Below, in pieces: positions 9,068 to 19,399 of a stretch of 64,000 nt of DNA. The stretch's first letter is position 1, and each line of letters begins with the position of its first letter. The position numbers and the translations under genes are program-made. Below the pieces are notes generated by a model. That model saw only the letters and a program-made list of their open reading frames with translations. It had not been told where the DNA came from and did not search any database. Origin of the DNA: an uncultured Candidatus Saccharibacteria bacterium (lineage in GTDB: Bacteria; Patescibacteriota; Minisyncoccia; Phycocordibacterales; UBA6065); contig CAZBVG010000002.1 in the NCBI GenBank assembly GCA_964495425.1, positions 14,570 through 78,569 on the forward strand, read 5' to 3'.

Positions 9068-10786
9068 GTGAACCTTTTTCGCCGACCAAAAAACTGCGTT
9101 CGAAACGAAATCGACCCAGACGAAATTTTTCTTGATTCAAAGAATATTCCTGGTTTTGATGTCCATCAATTTGAAGGGCGTCTTGAAAAGCCGATTTCAA
9201 TCACGACAATTGTGTCTTTGTCAGTTGCTTTTTGTATTCTAGCACTGGTGTTACTGGGTAAGGCTTGGCTTCTTCAGGCAAAGGACGGAGCAGAATATGC
9301 AGCTATGAGCGAGAATAATACGCTGGACGAAACGACAATATTTTCGGAACGTGGCGCAATATTCGATCGAAATGGTGTGAAGCTTGCATGGAATGCGGTC
9401 GATCCTGAAGAGCCCGACTTTTCGAGCAGGGTGTATATTCAGGATTCTGGTTTTGGCCACGTGCTTGGCTATATTAAGTATCCAACAAAGGACAAGCAGG
9501 GAAACTATTATCGTAAAAATTTTGAGGGCGTTTCAGGCATCGAAAAGTATTTCAACGATGTGCTTCAGGGCGAACACGGGCTTCGTATACTCACAACCGA
9601 CGCTCTGGGTAATATTGAATCTGAGTCTGTCGTTCGCCCCGCAAAGGATGGTGAGAACCTCAATCTATCTCTCGATGCAAACATTCAAGAGAAACTCCAT
9701 GAATCTATTGCAGGACTTGCGCAGAGAGTAGGATTTTCCGGTGGAGGAGGAATAATTATGGATGTGTATACGGGCGAAGTGATTGCGCTTACAAGTTATC
9801 CTGAATATAAAAGCGGAATCATGTCCGATGGTTCAGATAAGAAAACTATTACTGACTACCTCACTGATACACGGAAGCCGCTTTTTAACCGCGTGCTTTC
9901 AGGACTTTATACGCCGGGATCGATTGTAAAGCCGTATGTTGCACTCGCGGCACTTGAAGAAAATACTATCGACCCAAACAAGGAAATTATTTCAACAGGG
10001 TCAATAAGTATTCCAAATCCTTATGACAAAACCAAGAAAACAGTATTCATGGACTGGAAGGCGCACGGTGCAGTTGATATGAGAAAGGCGATTGCGGTAT
10101 CTTCAAACGTTTATTTTTATGAAGTTGGAGGAGGATTTGAGGGGCAAAAGGGTTTGGGTATTGATCGGCTCAATAAGTACTTTTCGATGATGGGCTTTGG
10201 AAAATCTACTGACTCTGGATTCTTTACAAGCCCAGCTGGTACAGTACCTTCTCCAACCTGGAAAGATAAAGTTTTTCCAGGTGATCCATGGCGTATTGGT
10301 GATACATACTTTACGTCAATCGGTCAGTACGGTTTCCAAGTAACTCCGTTTCAAATGGTTCGAGCTGTAGCGTCGATTGCAAATGGGGGAACATATCTCA
10401 TGCCATCGATACTTAAGTTTTCTACGTCGTCTCAGACACACATTATCTCGAGCGATTTGCCTGTGAGCGCATCGAATATTCAAATAATTCGTGAAGGTAT
10501 GCGACAGGGAGCTCAAACCGGTACCGCAAGCGGTCTTAATGTTCCATACGTCAAAGTAGCGGCAAAAACGGGTACTGCGGAGCTTGGAGTATCAAAAGCG
10601 TTTGTTAATTCCTGGGTAGCTGGCTTTTTCCCGTATGAAAGCCCGCGCTATGCGTTTGTGGTGATGATGGAACATGGTCCACGAACAAACATTTACGGTG
10701 CCACCTTTGTGATGAGAGAGCTGCTTGATTGGATGAATGTAAATGCCCCTGAGTATTTGGCGGTGCCAGAAAGTACTCAAAACTAG
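9068..10786 (+). CDS. mrdA: penicillin-binding protein 2 (class B transpeptidase, elongasome)
   Basis: Single N-terminal TM helix, and a transpeptidase domain with STGS (SxxK-type), SSN and KTGTA motifs. Gene order mreBCD-pbp2. Confidence 0.8.
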   Translation: MNLFRRPKNCVRNEIDPDEIFLDSKNIPGFDVHQFEGRLEKPISITTIVSLSVAFCILALVLLGKAWLLQAKDGAEYAAMSENNTLDETTIFSERGAIFDRNGVKLAWNAVDPEEPDFSSRVYIQDSGFGHVLGYIKYPTKDKQGNYYRKNFEGVSGIEKYFNDVLQGEHGLRILTTDALGNIESESVVRPAKDGENLNLSLDANIQEKLHESIAGLAQRVGFSGGGGIIMDVYTGEVIALTSYPEYKSGIMSDGSDKKTITDYLTDTRKPLFNRVLSGLYTPGSIVKPYVALAALEENTIDPNKEIISTGSISIPNPYDKTKKTVFMDWKAHGAVDMRKAIAVSSNVYFYEVGGGFEGQKGLGIDRLNKYFSMMGFGKSTDSGFFTSPAGTVPSPTWKDKVFPGDPWRIGDTYFTSIGQYGFQVTPFQMVRAVASIANGGTYLMPSILKFSTSSQTHIISSDLPVSASNIQIIREGMRQGAQTGTASGLNVPYVKVAAKTGTAELGVSKAFVNSWVAGFFPYESPRYAFVVMMEHGPRTNIYGATFVMRELLDWMNVNAPEYLAVPESTQN

Positions 10787-10854
10787 CCTTAAATTGTGGT
10801 AACTCACAATTTATGGTATTATGGCTCCATTAACGCATAACATAGCCACGTCCC

Positions 10855-11322
10855 ATGATGGACACAACAAAATACCTTACGAACGAGAAGTATAAAGAGC
10901 TTGAAAAGGAGCTCGAGGTTCTCAAGACAGTAAAGAGAAAGGAGGTTGCTCAAAATCTCGAATACGCACGATCACTCGGAGATCTCTCAGAAAACGCTGA
11001 GTATCAGGAGGCTCGAGAGCTTCAGGCAACAATTGAAGATCGTATTAGAACTCTAGAAAATACCCTCAAGACAGCTGAGATTGTTCAAGAGATGCACGGA
11101 GACAGTGTTTCTATGGGCTCTGTTGTTTCTGTTGAGAAATCAGGTGCTAAAGGTACTCAAAAATTTAAGATTGTGGGTTCTGATGAGGTGAACACACTCG
11201 AAGGCAAGATTTCTAATCAGTCACCACTTGGTTCTGTGCTAATTGGTAAGCGAAAGGGCGAATCGGTTTCAGTAAAAACCCCTAAGGGAATGGTTTCGTA
11301 TAAGATCGTCGCGGTCGACTAA
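10855..11322 (+). CDS. greA: transcription elongation factor GreA
   Basis: N-terminal coiled coil ending in the acidic tip SLGDLSENAEYQEA, plus a C-terminal FKBP-like domain. Confidence 0.85.
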   Translation: MMDTTKYLTNEKYKELEKELEVLKTVKRKEVAQNLEYARSLGDLSENAEYQEARELQATIEDRIRTLENTLKTAEIVQEMHGDSVSMGSVVSVEKSGAKGTQKFKIVGSDEVNTLEGKISNQSPLGSVLIGKRKGESVSVKTPKGMVSYKIVAVD

Positions 11323-11332
11323 TTTTTGCCAT

Positions 11333-12838
11333 ATGGCATCACTCGAAGAAATAAAGAAAGCCCGTCTCGATAAGCTTGAGCTTTTGAAAAAAGCTGGCAT
11401 GGACCCATATCCAGCTAAGGTCCCACGTGATATGTGTCTTAAGGACGCGCGCGCAAACTTTGCCAAGTTCTCAAAAGACGGCAAGGTTCTTTCACTTGCT
11501 GGTCGAATTATGGCTATTCGCGGACAGGGCGCAATACTCTTTGTGGTCCTAGATGATGGTAAGGCGAAACTTCAGTCTGTGTTTAAAAAAGATACTCTTG
11601 ATGAGAAACTCTTTAAACTTTTTACAGATACAGCTGACATTGGCGATTTTATTTCTGTTACCGGTACATTCTTTACGACACAAAAGGGAGAGGAAAGTAT
11701 TTTGGTGACCGGTTGGACAATGGCATCGAAGTCTCTTTTGCCGCTTCCTGAAAAATGGCACGGTCTTGAGGATGAAGAGATCCGGCTTCGAAAGAGATAT
11801 CTCGATATTCTCACTAACCCAGAAGTAAAGGAGATGGTTTTGAAACGTTCTGCATTCTGGCAAGCGACGCGTCAGTTTCTTTTGGATAAAGGATTTATGG
11901 AGGTTGAGACTCCGGTACTAGAAAATGTTGCGGGAGGTGCTGATGCTCGTCCGTTTATCACACATCACAACGCACTTGATTTAGATGTATATCTCCGCAT
12001 TTCGCCTGAACTCTGGCTTAAGCGCCTCATGGTTGCTGGTTTTCAGAAAGTTTTTGAAATTGGACGTATTTTCCGAAATGAGGGAATGAGTGTCGAGCAT
12101 CTCCAGGATTATACCCAGATGGAGTTCTATTGGGCATACGCTGACTACAACGAGGGCATGAAAGTGGTTGAGGAACTCTACAAATATGTTGCAGAAAAGA
12201 CATTCGGAACACTCAAATTCAAGATCCGTGGTTTTGATGTTGACCTCGGTGCGCCATGGACTGTCTATGATTTCACTGAAACGATTAAGAAAGAAACTGG
12301 TGTAGATATTAGTAAAGCAACACTTAAAGATGTCGAAGCAAAGCTTCGAGAGCTCAAGGTTGAGTATGACTCAAAGGGTATTAATCTCGCTCGCGCCATC
12401 GATACGCTCTGGAAATATTGTCGCAAGAAGATCAGTGGTCCAGGATTTCTCATTAATGTTCCTGTGTTTTTAGAACCTTTGGCTAAACGCAGTCGAAATA
12501 ACCCACATCTCGTGGAACGCTTCCAGGTACTTTTGGCGGGATCTGAAATGGGTAAAGGATTTAGCGAGCTTAATGATCCGCTCGATCAGGCGGGACGATT
12601 TGCAGATCAAGCAAAACTCCGAGAAGCGGGAGATGAAGAGGCACAAATGAATGACACTGATTTTGTTGAAGCGCTCGAGCACGGAATGCCACCGACATGC
12701 GGATTCGGATTCTCAGAACGACTCTTTAGTTTCCTTATGGACAAACCAGCTCGTGAGACACAAATTTTCCCACTCATGAGACCAAAGGGCAGTGAAGTGC
12801 AAACAGAAGAAAAAAAGACAACGAAGAAGAAAAAATAA
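11333..12838 (+). CDS. lysS: lysine--tRNA ligase (class II)
   Basis: N-terminal OB fold, FRNEGMSVEHLQDYTQMEFYWAYADY motif 2 region and GFGFSERLFSFLMD motif 3. Confidence 0.9.
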   Translation: MASLEEIKKARLDKLELLKKAGMDPYPAKVPRDMCLKDARANFAKFSKDGKVLSLAGRIMAIRGQGAILFVVLDDGKAKLQSVFKKDTLDEKLFKLFTDTADIGDFISVTGTFFTTQKGEESILVTGWTMASKSLLPLPEKWHGLEDEEIRLRKRYLDILTNPEVKEMVLKRSAFWQATRQFLLDKGFMEVETPVLENVAGGADARPFITHHNALDLDVYLRISPELWLKRLMVAGFQKVFEIGRIFRNEGMSVEHLQDYTQMEFYWAYADYNEGMKVVEELYKYVAEKTFGTLKFKIRGFDVDLGAPWTVYDFTETIKKETGVDISKATLKDVEAKLRELKVEYDSKGINLARAIDTLWKYCRKKISGPGFLINVPVFLEPLAKRSRNNPHLVERFQVLLAGSEMGKGFSELNDPLDQAGRFADQAKLREAGDEEAQMNDTDFVEALEHGMPPTCGFGFSERLFSFLMDKPARETQIFPLMRPKGSEVQTEEKKTTKKKK

Positions 12839-12857
12839 AATAAAAATTTTTCGAGAA

Positions 12858-12882
12858 GCGCCGCTCAACACGGCGCTTTTTC
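12858..12882 (+). terminator. rho-independent terminator of lysS
   Basis: GCGCCGctcaacaCGGCGC hairpin followed by TTTTTC. Confidence 0.7.
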
Positions 12883-12910
12883 TGTGCACGTTTTGACGAA
12901 TCTCAGAGTT

Positions 12911-12997
12911 GTGTCGTAGGTGAAAAATGTGGATAATGGTGTATCAATGTGGGATGAAGTGTTATAAAATATATGACAAGTGGGAAAAAGTGGAAGA
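12911..12997 (+). promoter_or_regulatory. MraZ operator-like array of GTGKN direct repeats at 10-bp periodicity in the mraZ promoter region
   Basis: GTGTC 12911, GTGAA 12920, GTGGA 12929, GTGTA 12939, GTGGG 12949 and GTGTT 12959, followed by a TATAAAAT -10-like box. A second pair, GTGGGaaaaaGTGGA, lies near 12981. Confidence 0.55.
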
Positions 12998-13168
12998 TAC
13001 ATATTTTCCTCGATAAAAGCCCACGAACACATGCGAATGAAAATCGTTCAAAGTGTTTCAAAAGTAGTCACTTCTTTTGGAACTCTTGAGGTGAAGGTCA
13101 CGCAAGTGAAACATGTTGGTTTACGAAAGAAGGTTTTGGTAAAGAGATAGTTAGCGAATTGCGAGATC

Positions 13169-13603
13169 ATGCTTATCGGCGAATACACTCACTCAATTGA
13201 CGAAAAGAATCGCATCTCGCTCCCGGTCAGATTCCGAGAGAAGATGGGAAAAAAAGTGGTAGTCACTCCAGGACTAGACCACTGTCTATTTGTGTTTACG
13301 CCGAAAGAGTGGGAGAGGATCTCATCAAAACTTTCAGAGGCGAGCCTTGGTCAGGCGGACAATCGCTCGTTCTCACGATTCATGTTCGGTGGTGCGGTCG
13401 AAGCTGACATCGATTCGATCGGTCGAATACTCGTCCCAGATTTCCTACAGGAATGGGCGAGCCTCAAGGGTAAGGTTTCCGTTATCGGCGTCCAATCACG
13501 CGTCGAAATTTGGAACGAAAAGGCTTGGGGTGAATACAAAAAGGGTGTTACAGGCAAAGCAGGTGCTTTGGCTGAAAAACTTGGCCAGGTGGGAGTTATC
13601 TAG
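13169..13603 (+). CDS. mraZ: transcriptional regulator MraZ
   Basis: Duplicated DxxxR-type motifs: SIDEKNRISLP in the first half and DSIGRILVP in the second. Confidence 0.85.
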   Translation: MLIGEYTHSIDEKNRISLPVRFREKMGKKVVVTPGLDHCLFVFTPKEWERISSKLSEASLGQADNRSFSRFMFGGAVEADIDSIGRILVPDFLQEWASLKGKVSVIGVQSRVEIWNEKAWGEYKKGVTGKAGALAEKLGQVGVI

Positions 13604-13605
13604 CC

Positions 13606-14493
13606 ATGCACGAATCAGTACTTTTACATGAATCCCTTGATGCTCTTGAGCTTAAAGCTGGAGAGACTCTTGTGGACGGGACGCTTGGTCGCGCGGGACA
13701 TAGTCTCGAGGCGGTAAGGCGAGTTCCAACAATATTTGTAGTAGGCATCGATAAGGATGAAGATGCGCTTACGGAATCAAAAGTAAAACTTGAGACCGCT
13801 GGTGCACATTTCAAACTTTTCAAAGGAAATTTCGATGGTATCGAAACATTTCTTCGTGAAGCGGGTAAAGATAAGGCCGATAAGATCATTCTTGATCTCG
13901 GAGTTTCATCGCCGCATCTCGATTCATCTGGTAGAGGATTTTCATTTAGGAATGACGAGCCTCTCATGATGACTATGGAAAAGAATCCTGGCGAAGATGC
14001 TTTCACAGCTCGAGACATCGTAAATAATTGGGCTGAGGAAGATATCGCGAATGTTATTTATGCCTACGGTGAAGAGCGCTATGCGCGACGAATCGCTCGA
14101 AAAATTGTCGAGGAGAGGGAGAACTCTTCGATAGAAACAACGTTCGATCTCGTTCGTGTCATTGAGAGTGCAGTTCCTGGAATGTATAAGCACGGCAAGA
14201 TACATCCAGCAACTCGCACCTTTCAGGCGTTGCGAATCGCGGTTAATGACGAATTGGGTAGTTTACGCCGAGGACTTTCAAGATCACTCGATGTATTGAG
14301 TCCTGGTGGACGATTAGCGGTCATTTCATTCCACAGTCTTGAGGATCGCATCGTGAAAATGGCGATGAAGGACTGGGAAAAGGATGGTTTCGGACAAACA
14401 TTTACAAAAAAACCAATAGAGCCAAGTGAAGAGGAGATTGCACGAAATCCTCGATCTCGAAGCTCGAAATTGAGAGTTTTCATAAAAAATTAA
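13606..14493 (+). CDS. rsmH: 16S rRNA (cytosine1402-N4)-methyltransferase RsmH (MraW)
   Basis: HESVLLHESLDAL...DGTLGRAGHS start and FHSLEDRIVK motif. Confidence 0.9.
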   Translation: MHESVLLHESLDALELKAGETLVDGTLGRAGHSLEAVRRVPTIFVVGIDKDEDALTESKVKLETAGAHFKLFKGNFDGIETFLREAGKDKADKIILDLGVSSPHLDSSGRGFSFRNDEPLMMTMEKNPGEDAFTARDIVNNWAEEDIANVIYAYGEERYARRIARKIVEERENSSIETTFDLVRVIESAVPGMYKHGKIHPATRTFQALRIAVNDELGSLRRGLSRSLDVLSPGGRLAVISFHSLEDRIVKMAMKDWEKDGFGQTFTKKPIEPSEEEIARNPRSRSSKLRVFIKN

Positions 14494-14520
14494 TAGAACA
14501 TTAAAAATAATTACAAACGT

Positions 14521-14841
14521 ATGACGCAGTATGTACAAGAAAAAGTGGCAAAAATGGAAAATCCGGTTGTAGCCTGGGTTCTGGTTTCTCTTATACTCAT
14601 GCTTTCTTGTGTATATGCGTATTTTGTAAATGGCACAATTCAGAACATTGTTGAAGCAAAGGATCTTCGTGCAAAGATTTCAGCGGTGACTTCATCAAAT
14701 GGATCACTTGAGGCTCAATATCTCGCTGAAAAGAGCTCGGTTGATCTCGCATACGCTCATTCATTGGGCATGGTTGCGGGTGAGGGCGCTACAGTTTATA
14801 TTGCAAAAAAATCAGATACATCGATTTCGTTTAACCGCTAG
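14521..14841 (+). CDS. ftsL: cell division protein FtsL-like (single TM plus coiled coil)
   Basis: 106 aa with one TM helix, lying between rsmH and the class B PBP. Confidence 0.45.
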   Translation: MTQYVQEKVAKMENPVVAWVLVSLILMLSCVYAYFVNGTIQNIVEAKDLRAKISAVTSSNGSLEAQYLAEKSSVDLAYAHSLGMVAGEGATVYIAKKSDTSISFNR

Positions 14842-14867
14842 CGCTAGGGTATAATGCGAGCGCTCTG

Positions 14868-16583
14868 ATGAATGTTTTACGACCCGGAAGGATAACGCTT
14901 TTAGGAATACTTATCTGCTCATTTGCCATGGTGCTGGTGGGTAGGCTTTATTATATTCAGGTAATCAAAAATGAGGCCTATTTAAATCAGGCTGATAGAC
15001 AGTATATAAAGAAAGGCAACGCTCTCTATGATCGAGGATCAATTTCATGGAGTCTCAAAGACGGCACTCCTGTTTCAGCAGCGACACTTAAAACAGGTTA
15101 TACGATAACGGTTGAACCTAAAAAAATTGAATATCCCGAGGATGTGATTAATGCTCTCTCGGGTATTTTGCCTTTCGATGAAGATAAATTACTTACAACA
15201 GTTGAAGATAAAGAAGATTCGTACTCAGAAATAGGTAAGAGGGTGGATGAAGAAACCGCTCAACGAATCGGCGCCTTAAATTTGAAAGGTGTTGGTGAGG
15301 TAAAAGAGCGATGGCGAGTGTATCCGAGCGGAAAGATGGGAGCGAATATACTTGGATTTACTGGATTTGCGGAAGACGGAAAAACGGTGAGTGGTCGATA
15401 TGGTTTGGAGCGGTATTACAATGATGTCCTCTCACGTGAATCATCTGAACTGTACGTGAATTTCTTTGCTCAGGTGTTCTCTGGGTTAAATGAAGCGCTT
15501 TTCGCGAGTGAAAACACCGAGGGAAATATTGTGACGACTATTGAGCCATCAGTGCAAGCCGAACTTGAAAAGAAGCTTGGGTCAGTTGTTTCTTCTTGGA
15601 ATTCAGATCTTACCGGCGGTATTGTCATGGATCCGAATACGGGTGAAATCTATGCTATGGCCTTAAATCCTACATACGACCCGAATGATTTTTCTAAGGA
15701 AAAAAATGCGAACGTGTACGGAAACGCTCTTGTGGATCGTGTATATGAAATGGGATCGATCGTGAAGCCATTAACTATGGCATCAGGTATTGATGCAGGT
15801 GTTGTTACGCCAACAACACGATACAACGATCAAGGATTCGTGATTGTAAATGGTGCAAAAGTATCAAACTTTGATGGGCGAGGTAGAGGTGACGTGAGTA
15901 TGCAGACGGTGCTCAACGATTCATTGAACACAGGTGTGGCTTTTGTTACTCAGAAGCTTGGGAATGAAGCACTTTCAGATTATTTTTTATCACTCGGGTT
16001 TGGTGAGGAGACAGGCATCGATCTTCCTGGAGAGGTGCATGGGCTTGTAAATAACCTCAAGAGTCCGCGAGATATTGAACATGTGACCGCTTCATTCGGC
16101 CAAGGAATCGCACTTACACCTATTGAAATGATTCGTGCCTTGTCAGCGCTTGGAAATGGCGGGTATCTTCCAAATCCTCACTTGGTAAAAAGAATCGATT
16201 ATGCGGATGGTAGTTCAAAAGATTTAACATACGATGAGCGTGAACAAGTTTTTAAACCCGAGACCTCAGAGCAAATTACGAGAATGCTGGTTAAGGTGGT
16301 TGATGAGGCGCTTTTGAAGGGAACGGTCAAATTACCGCACTACTCGGTAGCGGCAAAAACGGGTACAGCACAGATGGCAAAAGAAGGGGGTGGGGGATAT
16401 TATGATGACAGATATTTACACTCATTCTTTGGATATTTCCCTGCGTACAAGCCACGATTCATCATTTTCCTCTTTACTGTTTATCCAAAAGGTGCAGAAT
16501 ATGCATCACACACTCTGACACAGCCGTTCATAGATCTTGTTAAGTTCCTGATTAATTATTACGAAGTACCGCCAGACAGATAA
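14868..16583 (+). CDS. ftsI: penicillin-binding protein, class B transpeptidase (FtsI-like, divisome)
   Basis: N-terminal TM helix, SIVKP (SxxK), SLN (SxN) and KTGTA motifs; sits in dcw cluster order. Confidence 0.8.
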   Translation: MNVLRPGRITLLGILICSFAMVLVGRLYYIQVIKNEAYLNQADRQYIKKGNALYDRGSISWSLKDGTPVSAATLKTGYTITVEPKKIEYPEDVINALSGILPFDEDKLLTTVEDKEDSYSEIGKRVDEETAQRIGALNLKGVGEVKERWRVYPSGKMGANILGFTGFAEDGKTVSGRYGLERYYNDVLSRESSELYVNFFAQVFSGLNEALFASENTEGNIVTTIEPSVQAELEKKLGSVVSSWNSDLTGGIVMDPNTGEIYAMALNPTYDPNDFSKEKNANVYGNALVDRVYEMGSIVKPLTMASGIDAGVVTPTTRYNDQGFVIVNGAKVSNFDGRGRGDVSMQTVLNDSLNTGVAFVTQKLGNEALSDYFLSLGFGEETGIDLPGEVHGLVNNLKSPRDIEHVTASFGQGIALTPIEMIRALSALGNGGYLPNPHLVKRIDYADGSSKDLTYDEREQVFKPETSEQITRMLVKVVDEALLKGTVKLPHYSVAAKTGTAQMAKEGGGGYYDDRYLHSFFGYFPAYKPRFIIFLFTVYPKGAEYASHTLTQPFIDLVKFLINYYEVPPDR

Positions 16584-16584
16584 C

Positions 16585-17880
16585 ATGAAATCACTTTTTA
16601 AAAAAATTGTAGTTTACAAACTAACGTGGGCCGCGCGACTTGCTCTGTGGCGACATAAGCCGAAGGTTATCGCTATTACCGGAAATGTTGGTAAGACTTC
16701 AACAAAGGATGCAGTCTACGCGCTTGTCTCACAAGCTTTCAATACTCGAAAAAGTGAAAAAAGTTTTAACAGTGAACTTGGTCTACCGCTCGCAATCTTG
16801 GGGCTTGATAACGCGTGGTCATCATTTGGCGGTTGGGTAGAAAACATAGCGATCGGCTTTTGGAGGGCGCTTTTTGCAAAGAATTTTCCAGAATATTTGG
16901 TACTTGAGGTTGGTGCTGATCATCCTGGTGACATTGAGAAGGTTACCAAGTGGCTTCATCCTGATATTGTTGTTTTGACTCGAATGTCAGATACACCGGT
17001 GCATGTGGAGTACTTTAATAGTGCTGCAGATGTACTAAGGGAGAAGATGTTTTTAGCACATGCGCTCAAAATGGGCGGGACATTGATAGTTAATAGTGAT
17101 GACCCTCACTTTGTTAATGCGGTCAGAGATATAAATGCCAAGAAAGCTTTTTATGGCACAACACGGGGAAGTACTGTCGAAATAGAAGAAATGACAGTTT
17201 CATATATTGGCTCAACACTGCCTTTGCCGAAAGGTCAGCGAGCCACGCTCTCAGTAGGAGGAACAAAAAAGCACATAGAAATATACGGGATCCTTGGTGG
17301 TCATTTGGTGTATCCAGTCGCAGCTGCGTGCGCTGTTGGAGTTGTGCTCGGAATTATTGAGTACATAGACAAAGCCTTTACAAATTTCCATACACCAAAG
17401 GGACGTATGAGGATTTTAAAAGGCATTTCGAGTATTGGCATCATTGATGATACGTACAACGCATCTCCCCTTGCAACCATGGAGGCTCTCAAGGCTCTTG
17501 CTGGTGTATCAATTCGAGGTCGTAAAATTGCCGTGTTGGCTGATATGAAAGAACTTGGTGATAAAGCACAACAGGCCCATATGGAAGTAGGATTGTTCGC
17601 GGGTGAGGTGCTTCATATGCTTGCTACCGTAGGGGATATGGCACAGTATATCGGCGAAGGAGCAAAGCGAGCGGGTCTTCCTATGGACCGTATTATGCAT
17701 TTCAATTCATCAGAGGAAGCAGGAAAAGCTATGGTTGACATTGTTCGTGCAGGAGATGTGGTGCTCGTGAAAGGATCACAATCGATGCGCATGGAGCGAG
17801 TTGTGAAGCAGCTTTTGGAAGATAAATTTAAGGCGGGAGATCTACTGGTGCGTCAGGAGGATGAGTGGCAGAAAAGATAA
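16585..17880 (+). CDS. murF: UDP-N-acetylmuramoyl-tripeptide--D-alanyl-D-alanine ligase (MurF, lacks the N-terminal domain)
   Basis: IAITGNVGKTSTKDA P-loop, DDTYNASP motif and C-terminal VLVKGSQSMRMERVV. Confidence 0.8.
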   Translation: MKSLFKKIVVYKLTWAARLALWRHKPKVIAITGNVGKTSTKDAVYALVSQAFNTRKSEKSFNSELGLPLAILGLDNAWSSFGGWVENIAIGFWRALFAKNFPEYLVLEVGADHPGDIEKVTKWLHPDIVVLTRMSDTPVHVEYFNSAADVLREKMFLAHALKMGGTLIVNSDDPHFVNAVRDINAKKAFYGTTRGSTVEIEEMTVSYIGSTLPLPKGQRATLSVGGTKKHIEIYGILGGHLVYPVAAACAVGVVLGIIEYIDKAFTNFHTPKGRMRILKGISSIGIIDDTYNASPLATMEALKALAGVSIRGRKIAVLADMKELGDKAQQAHMEVGLFAGEVLHMLATVGDMAQYIGEGAKRAGLPMDRIMHFNSSEEAGKAMVDIVRAGDVVLVKGSQSMRMERVVKQLLEDKFKAGDLLVRQEDEWQKR

Positions 17881-18302
17881 TTCAAAAGTGCTACACTGAT
17901 GGCATGATGAATTCATACAATTGGTATTCACAATTACTTAAACCGACCTGGGCCCCTCCATCGTGGCTTTTTGGACCGGTTTGGACATTTTTATACATTC
18001 TTATCACTATTTCTTTCGGTAAGGTGTTTATTATGCTTTTCCAAAAGCAGATTCCGTTTGCTGTTGCTTTGCCATTCATTCTGAATCTTATCTTTAACTT
18101 TGCCTTTACTCCATTACAGTTTGGCCTCAAGAACAATTTATTGGCAGCGGCGGATGTTCTCCTTGTGCTTGTAACGCTTATATGGGCAATGAGTGCGATA
18201 TATCCTTATGCGCGTTGGATTACGTATATGCAAATTCCGTACGTCCTCTGGGTATCATTCGCTACAGTCTTGCAACTTACAATTACATATCTCAATAGAT
18301 AA
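17865..18302 (+). CDS. tspO: TspO/MBR family tryptophan-rich sensory protein
   Basis: LLKPTWAPPSWLFGPVWTFLYILI signature and five predicted TM helices. Confidence 0.7.
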   Translation: MAEKIIQKCYTDGMMNSYNWYSQLLKPTWAPPSWLFGPVWTFLYILITISFGKVFIMLFQKQIPFAVALPFILNLIFNFAFTPLQFGLKNNLLAAADVLLVLVTLIWAMSAIYPYARWITYMQIPYVLWVSFATVLQLTITYLNR

Positions 18303-18304
18303 TT

Positions 18305-18757
18305 ATGGAAAAGGATCTGTATGATTTTGTGGGATTATTCATACTCATGGCGGGTTTTGTAATAGGTCTTGGTGCAGTTACGGTAATTGATCTTCATGGT
18401 TTTTTGGGTAGAAAATCTCCGTATTGGACGGAAGCAACCATTCGTACACATAAAGTCACTAAGCCTCTGATTTGGGTTGGAATGTTTCTAGTGATTGTGG
18501 GTGGTGCGATAACGTACCGTGGTATGCCGATTGAGGGACTTGTTTTGTTACAGACGCTTTCTGTACCTATCATGATATTGAACGGCATCTTTTTGTCTTT
18601 TATCGTGAGTCCATTTTTACTTAAGCAAGAAAAGGAAGGTAGATCGCAGGAACTGCTTCCACCGAGTCTTCAAATAAAAATCACCATAAGTTTTATGGTT
18701 TCGTTTGTAAGTTGGTGGGGAAATCTAGCTATAGTGCTCTGGATGCTCATCAGGTAG
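18305..18757 (+). CDS. hypothetical polytopic membrane protein
   Basis: 150 aa with four hydrophobic segments. Confidence 0.45.
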   Translation: MEKDLYDFVGLFILMAGFVIGLGAVTVIDLHGFLGRKSPYWTEATIRTHKVTKPLIWVGMFLVIVGGAITYRGMPIEGLVLLQTLSVPIMILNGIFLSFIVSPFLLKQEKEGRSQELLPPSLQIKITISFMVSFVSWWGNLAIVLWMLIR

Positions 18758-18853
18758 GCGAGTGTAGCAAGGCGTACCAAAAGATATTGCAAATTTAAAG
18801 CCATCTGCTACTCTTGCCCCAGAATACCTCAAACAATACAACCTGCTGAAATC

Positions 18854-19195
18854 ATGAGCCTTGCACAGCTTCCTAATCCTGTCATTGCCGCCCGAGTCCT
18901 GCTCGACAGCTTCAGGGAAATGAAAGATGAAGAGTATGAGAAAGCGTTGGGCGACACCCTACGTAGGGGCGAGATTTTCGCCGCTTCGTACGACGCCGAG
19001 TTTTCCGCATCGCTCAGTGAGGCGGATGCCGCCCGTTACGGGGCGTTCCGCCAGCCTTTCTTAAATGCGTTCGATAGCCTGAAGAAGGTCTCCGACTGTA
19101 GACGGCTCTCCATGGCATACCTCGCGCAAACCATCGCATGGTGGCAGTTGGTGAGTGCGTTTCGTACTCTTTATGGGAAACCCTTGCCTGAGTAA
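18854..19195 (+). CDS. hypothetical protein (GC-rich islet)
   Basis: 113-aa ORF in a segment of visibly higher GC than its neighbours. Confidence 0.35.
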   Translation: MSLAQLPNPVIAARVLLDSFREMKDEEYEKALGDTLRRGEIFAASYDAEFSASLSEADAARYGAFRQPFLNAFDSLKKVSDCRRLSMAYLAQTIAWWQLVSAFRTLYGKPLPE

Positions 19196-19255
19196 TGTTT
19201 GACTGCTCAAGCTCAAATCGTGCCTTTAGTAGGTGCGATTTTTTTATGGGCTAAA

Positions 19256-19300
19256 GTTATACTTGTGTGACCCTGGTGGGACGGGATTGGAATCTGCTGT
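19256..19300. repeat. degenerate copy of the tRNA-Glu 3' end plus flank (integration scar R1)
   Basis: TATACTTGTGTGACCC...GATTGGAATC matches the R2 copy at the same offsets. Confidence 0.5.
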
Positions 19301-19399
19301 ATAAAGCCTTCAGATCATTTCGAGAAATCATTTGCATTTAAGTCATTTCCCAGTACTATGCAAATAGACACTAAACCAAGCAAAAGGAAAGATCTTTAG

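Noticed and set aside
10790-10850. Perfect 7-bp inverted repeat AATTGTGgtaactCACAATT overlapping a weak promoter upstream of greA, as an operator.
   Set aside because: It is a single short palindrome without a known cognate regulator and could simply be a terminator or attenuator remnant; evidence is low.
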